NCBI GenBank assembly: GCA_009993885.1
Contig: JAACSN010000004.1
Location: 59,106-123,105 of the forward strand
DNA: 64,000 nucleotides
From: Alphaproteobacteria bacterium
GTDB taxonomy: Bacteria; Pseudomonadota; Alphaproteobacteria; Caedimonadales; UBA9215
Direction: 5' to 3'
The translations under genes and the position numbers were made by a program. Positions 18,770 through 27,695 of this stretch are shown here, in pieces (position 1 is the stretch's first letter; every line of letters begins with the position of its first letter). The notes under the pieces were generated by a model. That model was given only the letters and a program-made list of their open reading frames with translations. It was not told the origin of the DNA and did not search any database.

Positions 18770-18816
18770 TAAGCATAACTTTTCGCCGGCATCAAAAAGA
18801 AATAGTAAAATAAAAA

Positions 18817-18845
18817 TTGACACCCTGTCTTTGATAAGATACGAT
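18817..18845 (+). promoter_or_regulatory. Sigma70-like promoter candidate upstream of the first PvcA-like gene
   Basis: TTGACA (18817-18822), a 17-nt spacer, then TACGAT (18840-18845). Confidence 0.35.
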
Positions 18846-18991
18846 TTTTGAATGATGTATTTATCTTCACAACTCTTTTCTACTGATCATATAAATTGGC
18901 GCCGTTGGCGCTAAATCCCTTTTTGCTAACCTCTTGTTAGCCGCCTATACTTAAAATTTTTTCCTCGTTATAGTCATGTGTGATCAAAATC

Positions 18992-19993
18992 ATGTTAAAT
19001 TTTTTAAAAACTTTTATTTTTCTAACCGCCTTAAGCTCTTTATGTGTGGCTTCAACCTTAGGTACGGAAAACCTGTCTCGAGCCCGCCTTTTCTATAATA
19101 CCCTTAAGCCACATATTCTAACCTTTGATATTGATGCCCATGCCACCGGAGACCTCGGCCGAACAGATCTCTCACCCACCGGCACAAAACAGCTCTTGGA
19201 AAGTCTTGAAGACCTAATTAAAACGGGGGAAGAGATCCATTTCCTTTGCCTCGCCTTCCCCTTCAAATCATCTAACAAAGAGTTTTTCGTTGACGGAAGC
19301 CTACCTGATATGGCGGAGTACCACAGCTTAGAATACTTACAAAATGTAATCAAAGAACTCAAAGATGTTTATCCGAAGGTTTCTCTTACAATCATGACCG
19401 ACGGTTTATTATTTAATGATCTTTTTGGCATTCCTGATAAAGACGTTATCGCCTTTGAAAGCCGTCTAAAAACAATCATTCAAGAGTTTCCGAACTTAAA
19501 CCTGCTCACCTTGTCACAAGCTTTACAAAAAGATGCCATTTCTCTCAAAAATTTTAAAAAAGCCGGAGCAGAATATAAGCTTCCAAAACCCCTTCCCGCT
19601 TCACGCCTTAAACTCCTTAAAAAACGCATAAGACACGAAATAAATCATAAAGCCCACTCTTTTCCAAACCTGTCGCCTGAGCAACAAGATATAATGCTCA
19701 CAGATTTAGCCATGCAGCTCATCAAACGAGACGAGTACCTCAAAATATTTGTGCAACGTTCTCAAAGAAAACAAACGCTTCGCCTTTCTATTCATTATCA
19801 ATCGGACCTATCAAAAAAAATTGGTCTCAAAATAACCCCCGCTTCTCTTATTTTTCCTTGGAATGGTGTTTTTGTCGTTTCTCAAAATGGCCAAGGCCAA
19901 ATCATTCCCAAAAGCCAAGTAGATACAAAATACTATCAAAAAGAAACGAGAACCATCCGGGATCTTCCCCTATCTTTTTACCGATGGCGATAG
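18992..19993 (+). CDS. DIT1/PvcA-family (isonitrile synthase-like) protein with a predicted Sec signal peptide, paralogue 1
   Basis: Start re-called to the ATG at 18992 (MLNFLKTFIFLTALSSLCVAS). Family core: HFLCLAFPFKSSN...LPDMAE..SLEYL...YP.....I.TDG.LFNDL.GI.D..V..FE..L. Confidence 0.7.
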   Translation: MLNFLKTFIFLTALSSLCVASTLGTENLSRARLFYNTLKPHILTFDIDAHATGDLGRTDLSPTGTKQLLESLEDLIKTGEEIHFLCLAFPFKSSNKEFFVDGSLPDMAEYHSLEYLQNVIKELKDVYPKVSLTIMTDGLLFNDLFGIPDKDVIAFESRLKTIIQEFPNLNLLTLSQALQKDAISLKNFKKAGAEYKLPKPLPASRLKLLKKRIRHEINHKAHSFPNLSPEQQDIMLTDLAMQLIKRDEYLKIFVQRSQRKQTLRLSIHYQSDLSKKIGLKITPASLIFPWNGVFVVSQNGQGQIIPKSQVDTKYYQKETRTIRDLPLSFYRWR

Positions 19994-20075
19994 AGTTTCT
20001 TTAAAACTCTATAAAACCAACCTGCCTCACCACAGTACAATTTATAAAAAAACTTAAGACACTAAGGAGATTACC

Positions 20076-21293
20076 ATGTCTAAAAAAAATACTTGCCTAT
20101 TTGGCACGCCAATCCTGCTGGCTTTTTTTCTATTTTTTAACATCGAAAAAGCGAGCGCTTCCTTTGAAATTGACGAAGAGAGCCCCTCTGAAATTGAACG
20201 TCTCATTTCGCATTATAAATCGACACTTCCCACGATTGGCAACAACCTAAGTCCCGAGACTATTATTGACTTTCTTCAGCTTTTTTCACAAAAAGATGAG
20301 GTTGACGGTAGGGAAAAACTCATAAAAAAAACAAGGAAGCTTATGAAAACAAATGCCCCGCTCCATTTTATCTTACCGGGTTTTCCCTTCAAATCTTTCA
20401 ATGAAAAAAAAGTAATATCCCCGGGAGAAATTGACTTAGCCGACGTCTTAGCTTTGACAACTCTTGACCATCTTTGCCAAGAAATCGGGAAGATCTATGA
20501 GGCCGGAGCTTGCGTTACAATTATCCCCGATGCTATCCGAATTAGTTGCTTTTTAGGTGTTCAAACTCAACGTGATGACTATATTTCCAATCTTCGCAAC
20601 CTTTTGCCCTCAGAGTGCCTCCATATTAAAGAGATTCATGAATTTGAAAGTATGCCCACAACAGGAAAACCCTTAGAAGAGGTCGCCCTTTTTCTGTCCG
20701 AAAGAGACACCGACGGCATAGAAAAGGATCCTTATATTCCTTTTGTTCGTCATGAGTTAGATTGTCCCTTTTATTATAAAAAGATAAAGGAAGAGATCCT
20801 AGCAAAGGTTCGCACACAAAGGACTTTTCGAGACAGTTTCCCCGAAGAATTAAAAGAGAGTGTCCAAGAGTTATCCTATGATGAATTTGCGCTCTATTTA
20901 ACAGAAGCAATCCAAAACAATGATGAAAATCAAGAAACATATAAGGCTTTGATGCGTACTTTAAAGACACAATTTAGTCTTAAAACAATGATTAAAAAAT
21001 GTGCCTTAATCAATGCCCAAGAAGCAAAACAACTTTCGGGATATATAAGCGACCTATTTGAAGGTTACGAGAATTACCTCCGCTTATCCGTTAATCAACA
21101 CCACAAAGATATTTCACAGAAACTTCCTTTTCAAATGATTCTCGGAAGCCACATAACACCTTGGCATAATACTCTCTTTATAAACTCAAAAGAAGAGATT
21201 CTGCTAGCCTCCCGCAATAAATTTGAGGACGGTTACCTTAAGGAAGAAAGCTACCGAGGTGTGAGTATTAAATGGATTTCACAAAGTAAATAA
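20076..21293 (+). CDS. DIT1/PvcA-family (isonitrile synthase-like) protein with a predicted Sec signal peptide, paralogue 2
   Basis: MSKKNTCLFGTPILLAFFLFFNIEKASA then SF. Core: HFILPGFPFKSFN.KKV....EIDLAD..AL.TLDHLCQEI..IY..GA.V.IIPD. Confidence 0.7.
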   Translation: MSKKNTCLFGTPILLAFFLFFNIEKASASFEIDEESPSEIERLISHYKSTLPTIGNNLSPETIIDFLQLFSQKDEVDGREKLIKKTRKLMKTNAPLHFILPGFPFKSFNEKKVISPGEIDLADVLALTTLDHLCQEIGKIYEAGACVTIIPDAIRISCFLGVQTQRDDYISNLRNLLPSECLHIKEIHEFESMPTTGKPLEEVALFLSERDTDGIEKDPYIPFVRHELDCPFYYKKIKEEILAKVRTQRTFRDSFPEELKESVQELSYDEFALYLTEAIQNNDENQETYKALMRTLKTQFSLKTMIKKCALINAQEAKQLSGYISDLFEGYENYLRLSVNQHHKDISQKLPFQMILGSHITPWHNTLFINSKEEILLASRNKFEDGYLKEESYRGVSIKWISQSK

Positions 21294-21300
21294 CAAATTG

Positions 21301-21328
21301 CCACGGGGAATTCTCCGTGGTCTTTTTA
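21301..21328 (+). terminator. Terminator-like hairpin after PvcA-like paralogue 2
   Basis: ccacgg-ggaattct-ccgtgg followed by tcttttta. Confidence 0.55.
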
Positions 21329-21574
21329 TAGATTCTTTTCAAGTAAAAGAGGCACTGCAAAAGAGAGTCATTACAGTGTTTTTTGCAGCCCTGACAAGAA
21401 AAGGAGAACGAGCCTAAAGGGGCTTATGCAGAGGATTCTATAATCTTAATTCTCTTCATGAACAGAACTAAAAGAGTCTCCGCGACGCAATCGTGCGGAT
21501 ATTGTATCAACTTTAATAGACTTGAGCAAAGAACTGCACTTTCAAGACTAAGTCAAAGGCCGCCGTGACTTCTT

Positions 21575-22993
21575 TTAAGCAACAGACGTATCACCGGGCG
21601 CATCAAAATCCATACTTTCTGCGTCTAAATCCGTATCTGCCGCTGCCTTAGTCGTTTCGTTACCGGGCTTTTCTGTGATCGGTGCCGATTCCGCCGGTTT
21701 TGACACAGGTGTTGAACCTGTCGAAATACCTTGCCCTTGGAGCATTTTTTCAATTTGCTCGGTCACAAGCCATTTTACAAGAGACGGTAAATGGGTATCC
21801 AGCCAATCTTTTAGCATCGGCCGTAAAAGTTCTCGCATTAGCTCTTCAACGGTATACCCCCCGACACGCTCCGGCGTCACAGGACCCGAAGGCCCGTCAC
21901 CACCACCGCCGCTTTTTGATTTAGAGGAAAGACGGCGCGCAATATCTGCAAGTTCTGAAAAAGCGGCAGCAGATTCTGCCATTGTTTCCTTTGAAGCAAG
22001 GTCTTCCACAGGTGCTTTTGTGGCTTGCTTCAGTAGATTTTCCACACCGATCTCGAAATTACCCGCAGGTGCTTCGGGCGCGCCGACGGTCTCCGAGATT
22101 GCTTTATCAAGAAGCAAGGCTTCTGCCTCAGAGAATTTAGGCGCAGGCACACCTAGTTTTTTATCATCGGCAACAGAGTCTTTTTTTGCAACATCTTGGG
22201 CGGGCGCTTCTTGTGCCTCCGCCTCTGCATCCGTTTCATTAACAGGGGTTTCCGGCTCAGGTACGACATCACCTTCTTCAAATTCCGCAACAGTTTCTAT
22301 CGTGGTTTCAGCTTCTGCAGCATCATCGTTTTCAGAGGTATCAGGCGCGTCAAGCTCGGCCTCGGGCTCGTCCGTAGCGACGACATCTTCTTTCATTTCT
22401 TTTTCTTCACTCAAACGCTTTGGTGCATCTGCTTCTGCTTCCTCTGATGCTTCTGCTTGCTCTGAAAGTTCCTCTTTTTCAGCAGTTTCCGAGGCCGCCG
22501 CAGACACAGTTGCACCGCCCTCCTTTTGTCCCTCGTCAACTTGCGTTAACTCAATCTTCTTTATGTCAGATTCTTCAGTTTCTTCTGATTTTGTATCCGA
22601 AATTTGCGCCCCTGTTTCTTTTTTAGCAAGATTCGTAACAGAACCATCCTCTTCTAAAACTTGCGTCAAGATAAAAACATCAGCAGAACCGGACGGTTTT
22701 TTCAAAGAGGCATCCTTCCTCTCCGACTCTTTAATCAAGGTTTCTAAACTCTCTTTGGTTTTTAGGGGAACTCCCTCAGGAGCATGTTCTTTTTTAAAAG
22801 GATATTCCGCTTCTTGTCCTTCAGCTGCTCCTTGCCCGCTATCCCCCTCATTTTCCTTTTCATGAGGCTCACCAAAGTGATCAAAACCTTGTTCAAGATT
22901 TTGTTTAATCACGTTTCGAATGGAAGAAAGAGCTTCAGATACCTGTTCGTCTGTTTGGGTCTCAGGCTCTTTTCTTAGGGCATTTTGAGTCAT
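21575..22993 (-). CDS. popZ: PopZ-like pole-organising protein (DUF2497) with a greatly expanded acidic linker
   Basis: N-terminal helix SEALSSIRNVIKQ. C-terminal TVEELMRELLRPMLKDWLDTHLPSLVKWLVTEQIEKML. The roughly 330-aa middle is E/D/A/T/S-rich. It lies directly after tolC. Confidence 0.7.
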   Translation of the reverse strand: MTQNALRKEPETQTDEQVSEALSSIRNVIKQNLEQGFDHFGEPHEKENEGDSGQGAAEGQEAEYPFKKEHAPEGVPLKTKESLETLIKESERKDASLKKPSGSADVFILTQVLEEDGSVTNLAKKETGAQISDTKSEETEESDIKKIELTQVDEGQKEGGATVSAAASETAEKEELSEQAEASEEAEADAPKRLSEEKEMKEDVVATDEPEAELDAPDTSENDDAAEAETTIETVAEFEEGDVVPEPETPVNETDAEAEAQEAPAQDVAKKDSVADDKKLGVPAPKFSEAEALLLDKAISETVGAPEAPAGNFEIGVENLLKQATKAPVEDLASKETMAESAAAFSELADIARRLSSKSKSGGGGDGPSGPVTPERVGGYTVEELMRELLRPMLKDWLDTHLPSLVKWLVTEQIEKMLQGQGISTGSTPVSKPAESAPITEKPGNETTKAAADTDLDAESMDFDAPGDTSVA

Positions 22994-22995
22994 AA

Positions 22996-24510
22996 CTATT
23001 CCTTTACGTCGATAGATTCGGGAGCCCTAAGGTCACCGGTTCCAATCAATTTAGTCGATATTTCATCGGTATAAAGAGCCACATTATGGCGAGCAACGGG
23101 TAAGCCCAACTGTTCGGGCAGTAACCCGCCATAAACGGAAATCAGTTGATAAACCGCCACTTGATAATCCCGCTCTCTTTCAACAAGTTGCACCTGAGCA
23201 TCCACAAGACGTTGCTCTGCAATTAAGGTATCTGTTAGGGTTTGCTCGCCCACAAGATACTCTTGACGTTTACCCTCAAGGCTCAACTGAGCCGCTTCAA
23301 TTTGAAGTTCTGTTTGTTTAATACTATCTTCTAAAGAGATAACGGATTGAAGGGTTGACCGTGCAGTTCGCAACAATTCCAAACGCGCCTGTTTAACCGC
23401 ATTTAAAGCTTGGTAACGTTGCTGATTCGCCCGACGTACGCCGGACCATGCCGTGCCTGCTTGATACAAAGGCACAGTTATACTAACCCCGACGGTTCCT
23501 GTGTTTGTATAACCGAATCCGGTCTGTTTAGCAGTCGCTCCCTCATGGAAAGCGCTATTGGTTTGCGTGTTACTTTTTTGACGAGAACCTGTTGCCGAGA
23601 GGTCAACACTCGGAAGCAACGTTCCTTCCGAGACGCCGACAGCAGCCCTTTGAGCCTTTTCAGCAAAGATCGCCTGTTGTAAGCCGGGAGCCTCTTTCAA
23701 AGCCAAGGCATTCAATATCTCTAACGTTTTCGGCAACTGCTCTTTGGGAAGGATAAAGGCCGGTTTTTTAAGAGATTCCGGAACATTAGCGCCGATAACT
23801 TGTGCGTAAGTTGCTTGCGCCGTAACAAGAGCCGATTCAGCCGTTAAACGAACAGCGACAGCCGCCGCCAACTGGGAACGCGCTTCGGCAACATCAGTAC
23901 GTGTTTTTTCACCGACATCCTCTTGGGCTTTAACCTGAGCGACAATACGCTCTCGAAAACTCACACTGGCTTCCCTGTAACGCAAGATTTCATATGCTTT
24001 CCAAAGATCCAAATAAGCCCTAACAGCGCTTAATAAAACGTTTTGTTCAACACCCACGAATTTCATATGCGCCGCACTCACATCAGCTTTTGCTTTGGCA
24101 ACGGCATAGGAGGTTTGTCCGCCCTTAAAGAGATTTTGTTGAACAGTCGTTTGAAGACTTAGAGTATCGGTTGCCGTGTTACTACGACCCCGTCGAACGG
24201 GCTGTATTGCTGTTGACTTCCCGTTGGAAAGCGCTTTTTGATGCTCTCCCGATCCTCTTAACGTAATGGTCGGCAACCACCCGGCTCGTGCTACAGGAAT
24301 AGCTTCAACGGCAGCATAATATTCCCGAAGCCCCACATGAATATCCGGGTTATTTTGATAAGCCTCAGCAAGCGCCTCTATAAATTGCCGGTCTTTAGAA
24401 GACGCCTCCTTCGGCAAAGGCGTCGGGGTAAGCGCTTGTTCAAAAGCATAGGTAGGCGTTCCGGAGGTAACGCAGGCTAGGAAAACGGCTAAGGTACTCT
24501 TTTTAAACAT
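22996..24510 (-). CDS. tolC: TolC-family outer-membrane channel
   Basis: Start re-called to MFKKSTLAVFLACVTS (a TAATG overlap with the rhodanese stop). It has two tandem OEP repeats and typical TolC helices. Confidence 0.9.
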   Translation of the reverse strand: MFKKSTLAVFLACVTSGTPTYAFEQALTPTPLPKEASSKDRQFIEALAEAYQNNPDIHVGLREYYAAVEAIPVARAGWLPTITLRGSGEHQKALSNGKSTAIQPVRRGRSNTATDTLSLQTTVQQNLFKGGQTSYAVAKAKADVSAAHMKFVGVEQNVLLSAVRAYLDLWKAYEILRYREASVSFRERIVAQVKAQEDVGEKTRTDVAEARSQLAAAVAVRLTAESALVTAQATYAQVIGANVPESLKKPAFILPKEQLPKTLEILNALALKEAPGLQQAIFAEKAQRAAVGVSEGTLLPSVDLSATGSRQKSNTQTNSAFHEGATAKQTGFGYTNTGTVGVSITVPLYQAGTAWSGVRRANQQRYQALNAVKQARLELLRTARSTLQSVISLEDSIKQTELQIEAAQLSLEGKRQEYLVGEQTLTDTLIAEQRLVDAQVQLVERERDYQVAVYQLISVYGGLLPEQLGLPVARHNVALYTDEISTKLIGTGDLRAPESIDVKE

Positions 24511-24836
24511 TAATATCTCTTTATCGTTGGATCTATTTCTTGGGCCCATGCATCAATACCGCCCACCAGACTTCTTACTCTAGCAAATCCATACATCTCT
24601 AGCAATCGGCAGACTTGAAAACTTCTAACGCCGGAATGGCAATAGATAACAATATTTTTATCCTTCTGCAATTCCTCATAGCGCGTCGTCACGTCTTCCA
24701 TAGGGATGTGGCGGCAATTATAATTTATTTTTGCAATGTCACGCTCGTTTTCCTCACGTACGTCCAAAAGGATAAAATCTTCATGCTTATCCATCATTTC
24801 CTTTAAATCAGAAACAGTAATTAGATTTTGTGACAT
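24510..24836 (-). CDS. Rhodanese-domain sulfurtransferase
   Basis: LLDVRE..E.....I......IP...........KD..IV.YCHSGVRS active-site loop. Confidence 0.85.
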   Translation of the reverse strand: MSQNLITVSDLKEMMDKHEDFILLDVREENERDIAKINYNCRHIPMEDVTTRYEELQKDKNIVIYCHSGVRSFQVCRLLEMYGFARVRSLVGGIDAWAQEIDPTIKRY

Positions 24837-24858
24837 TATAAAATACCTTTACGCTTTA

Positions 24859-25533
24859 TTATAAATGGAATTCGTTTTTTTTATTAAAAGCTGCCAGCCT
24901 TGGAGCAACGGCTTCAAATAAAGATATTTTTGTATATGTTTTCCCGTGTCGCTCAAAATAAACAGCCCGTGAGGTCTGTTGATCGGAGGACTCAAAAAGC
25001 GGTTCATAAGTAAACAGCCTGCCTCCTTCATTCAACTGCTCCAATATGGAAAAAGGTATGTCGGCTACGGCTCCTTCAATAAAAATAAAATCATAGGGGC
25101 TGTGCAGGGGGACGCCTTCAACCAAAGCCCCTTTCGCAGGCGTAATAGAGGTAGAGGAAAACTCTCGGATATTCTCAAGAAGGATCGAATAGAGAAGGTC
25201 GTTTTCTTCAAGACACACAACCGATCTTGCAAGATAGCTCAAAATAACCGCTCCGAATCCCGTCCCGCCGGCCACATAAAGAACACGATGTTTTTTTGTC
25301 ACATTAGCCGCTTGTAACAAGCGCATTAAAGACAGAGAGGATAGAGCTTCTCGTCCCTCAACAGGCAACTTCACATTTTGGTCACAATAGGATAGAAAGC
25401 TTGACGGAGCGGGGATAAACTTCTCACGCCACACTTCTTCAAAAGCATGGAGAAGGCGTTGATCGGTCAATTTATTGGGTAAAAACTGCCGAAATAACAT
25501 ATTTTCATGGGCACGTTTAAAATCTTTTACCAT
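24859..25533 (-). CDS. Protein-L-isoaspartate O-methyltransferase-family protein
   Basis: SAM-binding motif VLYVAGGTGFGAVILS. The pcm-rhodanese-tolC arrangement is typical of alphaproteobacteria. Confidence 0.8.
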   Translation of the reverse strand: MVKDFKRAHENMLFRQFLPNKLTDQRLLHAFEEVWREKFIPAPSSFLSYCDQNVKLPVEGREALSSLSLMRLLQAANVTKKHRVLYVAGGTGFGAVILSYLARSVVCLEENDLLYSILLENIREFSSTSITPAKGALVEGVPLHSPYDFIFIEGAVADIPFSILEQLNEGGRLFTYEPLFESSDQQTSRAVYFERHGKTYTKISLFEAVAPRLAAFNKKNEFHL

Positions 25534-25646
25534 AAGTCTTTGGCTTTCAAATTAGAAAAAAAATTAAAGTATTTGTTCATTCTAACCCTAAAATAACCCG
25601 AGGAAAACAGCTAAAAAGAAGAAAAAGATATTGCTTGTTTAACACC

Positions 25647-26849
25647 TTACAAAATATTTTTACCCGTTTCCGTTTCCCCTCCCCGATTAACGATTGTAAA
25701 AAGCGTCATCGTGCTCAGAGCAATAAAAACCATAATGATCATACCGACGTTGCGAAAAGAGTCTTGATAAAAATAACCGGCCACTTGAAGGCTTAAAGCA
25801 GCAAAGAGAAGGCGTCCCCCTTGCATTAAAGCAGCAATACGTCCTTTTGCCCGCGGCATAACCTCTAACAAAATAGGATACAATATTGCACTTGGGGCGA
25901 TACTCGCAATCACAAATACAAGAAAAGCAAGCGTAATCACAATAGGGTCAAAACTATCTAAAAAAGAAACCGTCCCAAGGCTCATAAACCCGAAAACAAA
26001 CATATATCCGGAAATCTTAAGCATCTTTAGCTGATCATACCGAGCAACAACCATACCGAATAAAAGGCTTCCGATCGCAAATACAAATGCTAAAGCACCT
26101 TGGTAATATCCAAAATGCTTTAGGCTAACACCCAAAGCCCCCATATATAATAAAGGTGACATACCGACAAAAACCCAATAAGGCGTAAATTGCAGGATAA
26201 AATGCGTTATACCCAGCCTAAGAGGCTCCGATCTAAGTATGTTAAAATAACCCTCCCCGGGAAAATTTTCTTTTGGCTTGGTTTGCGGGTATAAGGGAAC
26301 AAAAAACAGAGCCATAAAGAAAGCGAGAATACCGAGTATAAGCAAAGCTGCAAAATTCCCCTGCCAATGAAAATAAAGAGTTATATAGCTTCCGATCACA
26401 GGGGCAACCCCAACCGAAGCATTCATAATTCCATTAAGAATCGCGAATAAAGATTGTTGCTTTTTCAAAGGATATAGATCCGCGATGATCAAAAAACTTA
26501 AAATAGCAGGGGCGGCAATTCCCAGCCCTTGCATAAATCGTCCCACAAGCAAAAAAGAATAAAAAGGAGCCATCAAACATAAAACACTCCCGACGATAAA
26601 AATCATGAGGCCGACGAGGATGATAGGTTTGCGCCCATAATAATCAGCTAATTCTCCGACAAAAAACAAACTCAAACAGTAGCCTAAGAAATTAACAGAT
26701 AATAAGCTTTCCACCAAAAAAGGCGTAAGATTGAAACTGTTTTGCAACTCGACAAAACCGGGCACAAATAAATCAAGCTCCATACCTGCAAGCATATCCG
26801 TTAAAATAACGGCACTTAAAAGCAACATCTTGGAAAAAGCCTGTTTCAT
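25647..26849 (-). CDS. MFS transporter (Bcr/CflA-like drug-resistance subfamily)
   Basis: About 12 hydrophobic segments. Loop motif GELADYYGRKPIIL. Confidence 0.85.
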   Translation of the reverse strand: MKQAFSKMLLLSAVILTDMLAGMELDLFVPGFVELQNSFNLTPFLVESLLSVNFLGYCLSLFFVGELADYYGRKPIILVGLMIFIVGSVLCLMAPFYSFLLVGRFMQGLGIAAPAILSFLIIADLYPLKKQQSLFAILNGIMNASVGVAPVIGSYITLYFHWQGNFAALLILGILAFFMALFFVPLYPQTKPKENFPGEGYFNILRSEPLRLGITHFILQFTPYWVFVGMSPLLYMGALGVSLKHFGYYQGALAFVFAIGSLLFGMVVARYDQLKMLKISGYMFVFGFMSLGTVSFLDSFDPIVITLAFLVFVIASIAPSAILYPILLEVMPRAKGRIAALMQGGRLLFAALSLQVAGYFYQDSFRNVGMIIMVFIALSTMTLFTIVNRGGETETGKNIL

Positions 26850-26974
26850 GAACTTTCCTTACTGAAAAACTCTCCAAGGTATATTATGGAATTCATTAAA
26901 TAATTGAGTATGGCTTCTCATACGGCCTAAAAAATATCAATAAGAAAACGGGGTCTTTCAGGCAATATGCAAAA

Positions 26975-27688
26975 TTAAGGCGTCGTTGGATTAAAAGCCC
27001 GAGGAAGCCATTGGTGTCCCTGACGGGGTGTTAAAGCATAGACTTGTTTTCGAGCGGGAAAAGCGACAACACCTCCTAACTTTTTGGAGAACAAGGGGCC
27101 GTATTTCTCGAAGGTAGAAGAAAATTTCAAAGTTAAAAGACTTGTACCGGGAGGAGCATACAAACAATAGCGGGGTTTTAAGGGCATAAAGTTTGCCCGT
27201 TCAAGAACATCATACAATTGATGCCCCGTATAAGGCGTCCCATAACCGAGAGGGGTTGTGGTTGTTTGCGCCCACGCAGAACGTCTGTTGGGCACAATCA
27301 CAAGAAGCTCGCCTCGATCACTTAAAACCCGCCAACACTCCTCAAGGATTTTTTGCACCTGATCCGAATACTCCAAGGCATGGCATAAAAGCAAGCGATC
27401 TACGGACTTGTCTTGCAAAGGCCATTGCGTTTCTTCGACAAGAGCCGTTAAATTCTTTTTGTTTTTCGGCCAAGCTCGTGCTCCTTGGGGAGCCGGCATC
27501 AGGGATAAAATACGCTCTGCTTCTCCTTCAAAAAGACCCAAATAAGGATGGCAAAAACCGAAACCTGCAACAACTTCTCCCTTAACATCGGGCCATATTG
27601 TCTCAATTGCGGCTGTGATTTTACGTTGGACGAGAGTGCCAAGATTAGAGTGGTAAAAGTTTTTTAAACGCTCGGCATCTACCCACAT
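26975..27688 (-). CDS. Class I SAM-dependent methyltransferase (conserved alphaproteobacterial core gene)
   Basis: FY.S.LG......I......WPDVKG..V.G.G...PYL; LMPA.QG...WP; VDRLLL.HALE; W.RVL...G.L...VPNRR. As I recall, this matches the family usually found next to gloB. Confidence 0.8.
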   Translation of the reverse strand: MWVDAERLKNFYHSNLGTLVQRKITAAIETIWPDVKGEVVAGFGFCHPYLGLFEGEAERILSLMPAPQGARAWPKNKKNLTALVEETQWPLQDKSVDRLLLCHALEYSDQVQKILEECWRVLSDRGELLVIVPNRRSAWAQTTTTPLGYGTPYTGHQLYDVLERANFMPLKPRYCLYAPPGTSLLTLKFSSTFEKYGPLFSKKLGGVVAFPARKQVYALTPRQGHQWLPRAFNPTTP

Positions 27689-27695
27689 AAAGAGA

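Noticed and set aside
21675-22865. 396-aa plus-strand ORF (and several smaller ones) antisense to the PopZ-like gene
   Set aside because: It is an artefact of the GAA/GCA/GAC-rich acidic low-complexity coding on the minus strand. The product is S/A/F-rich nonsense with no start context. The minus-strand product has conserved PopZ termini.
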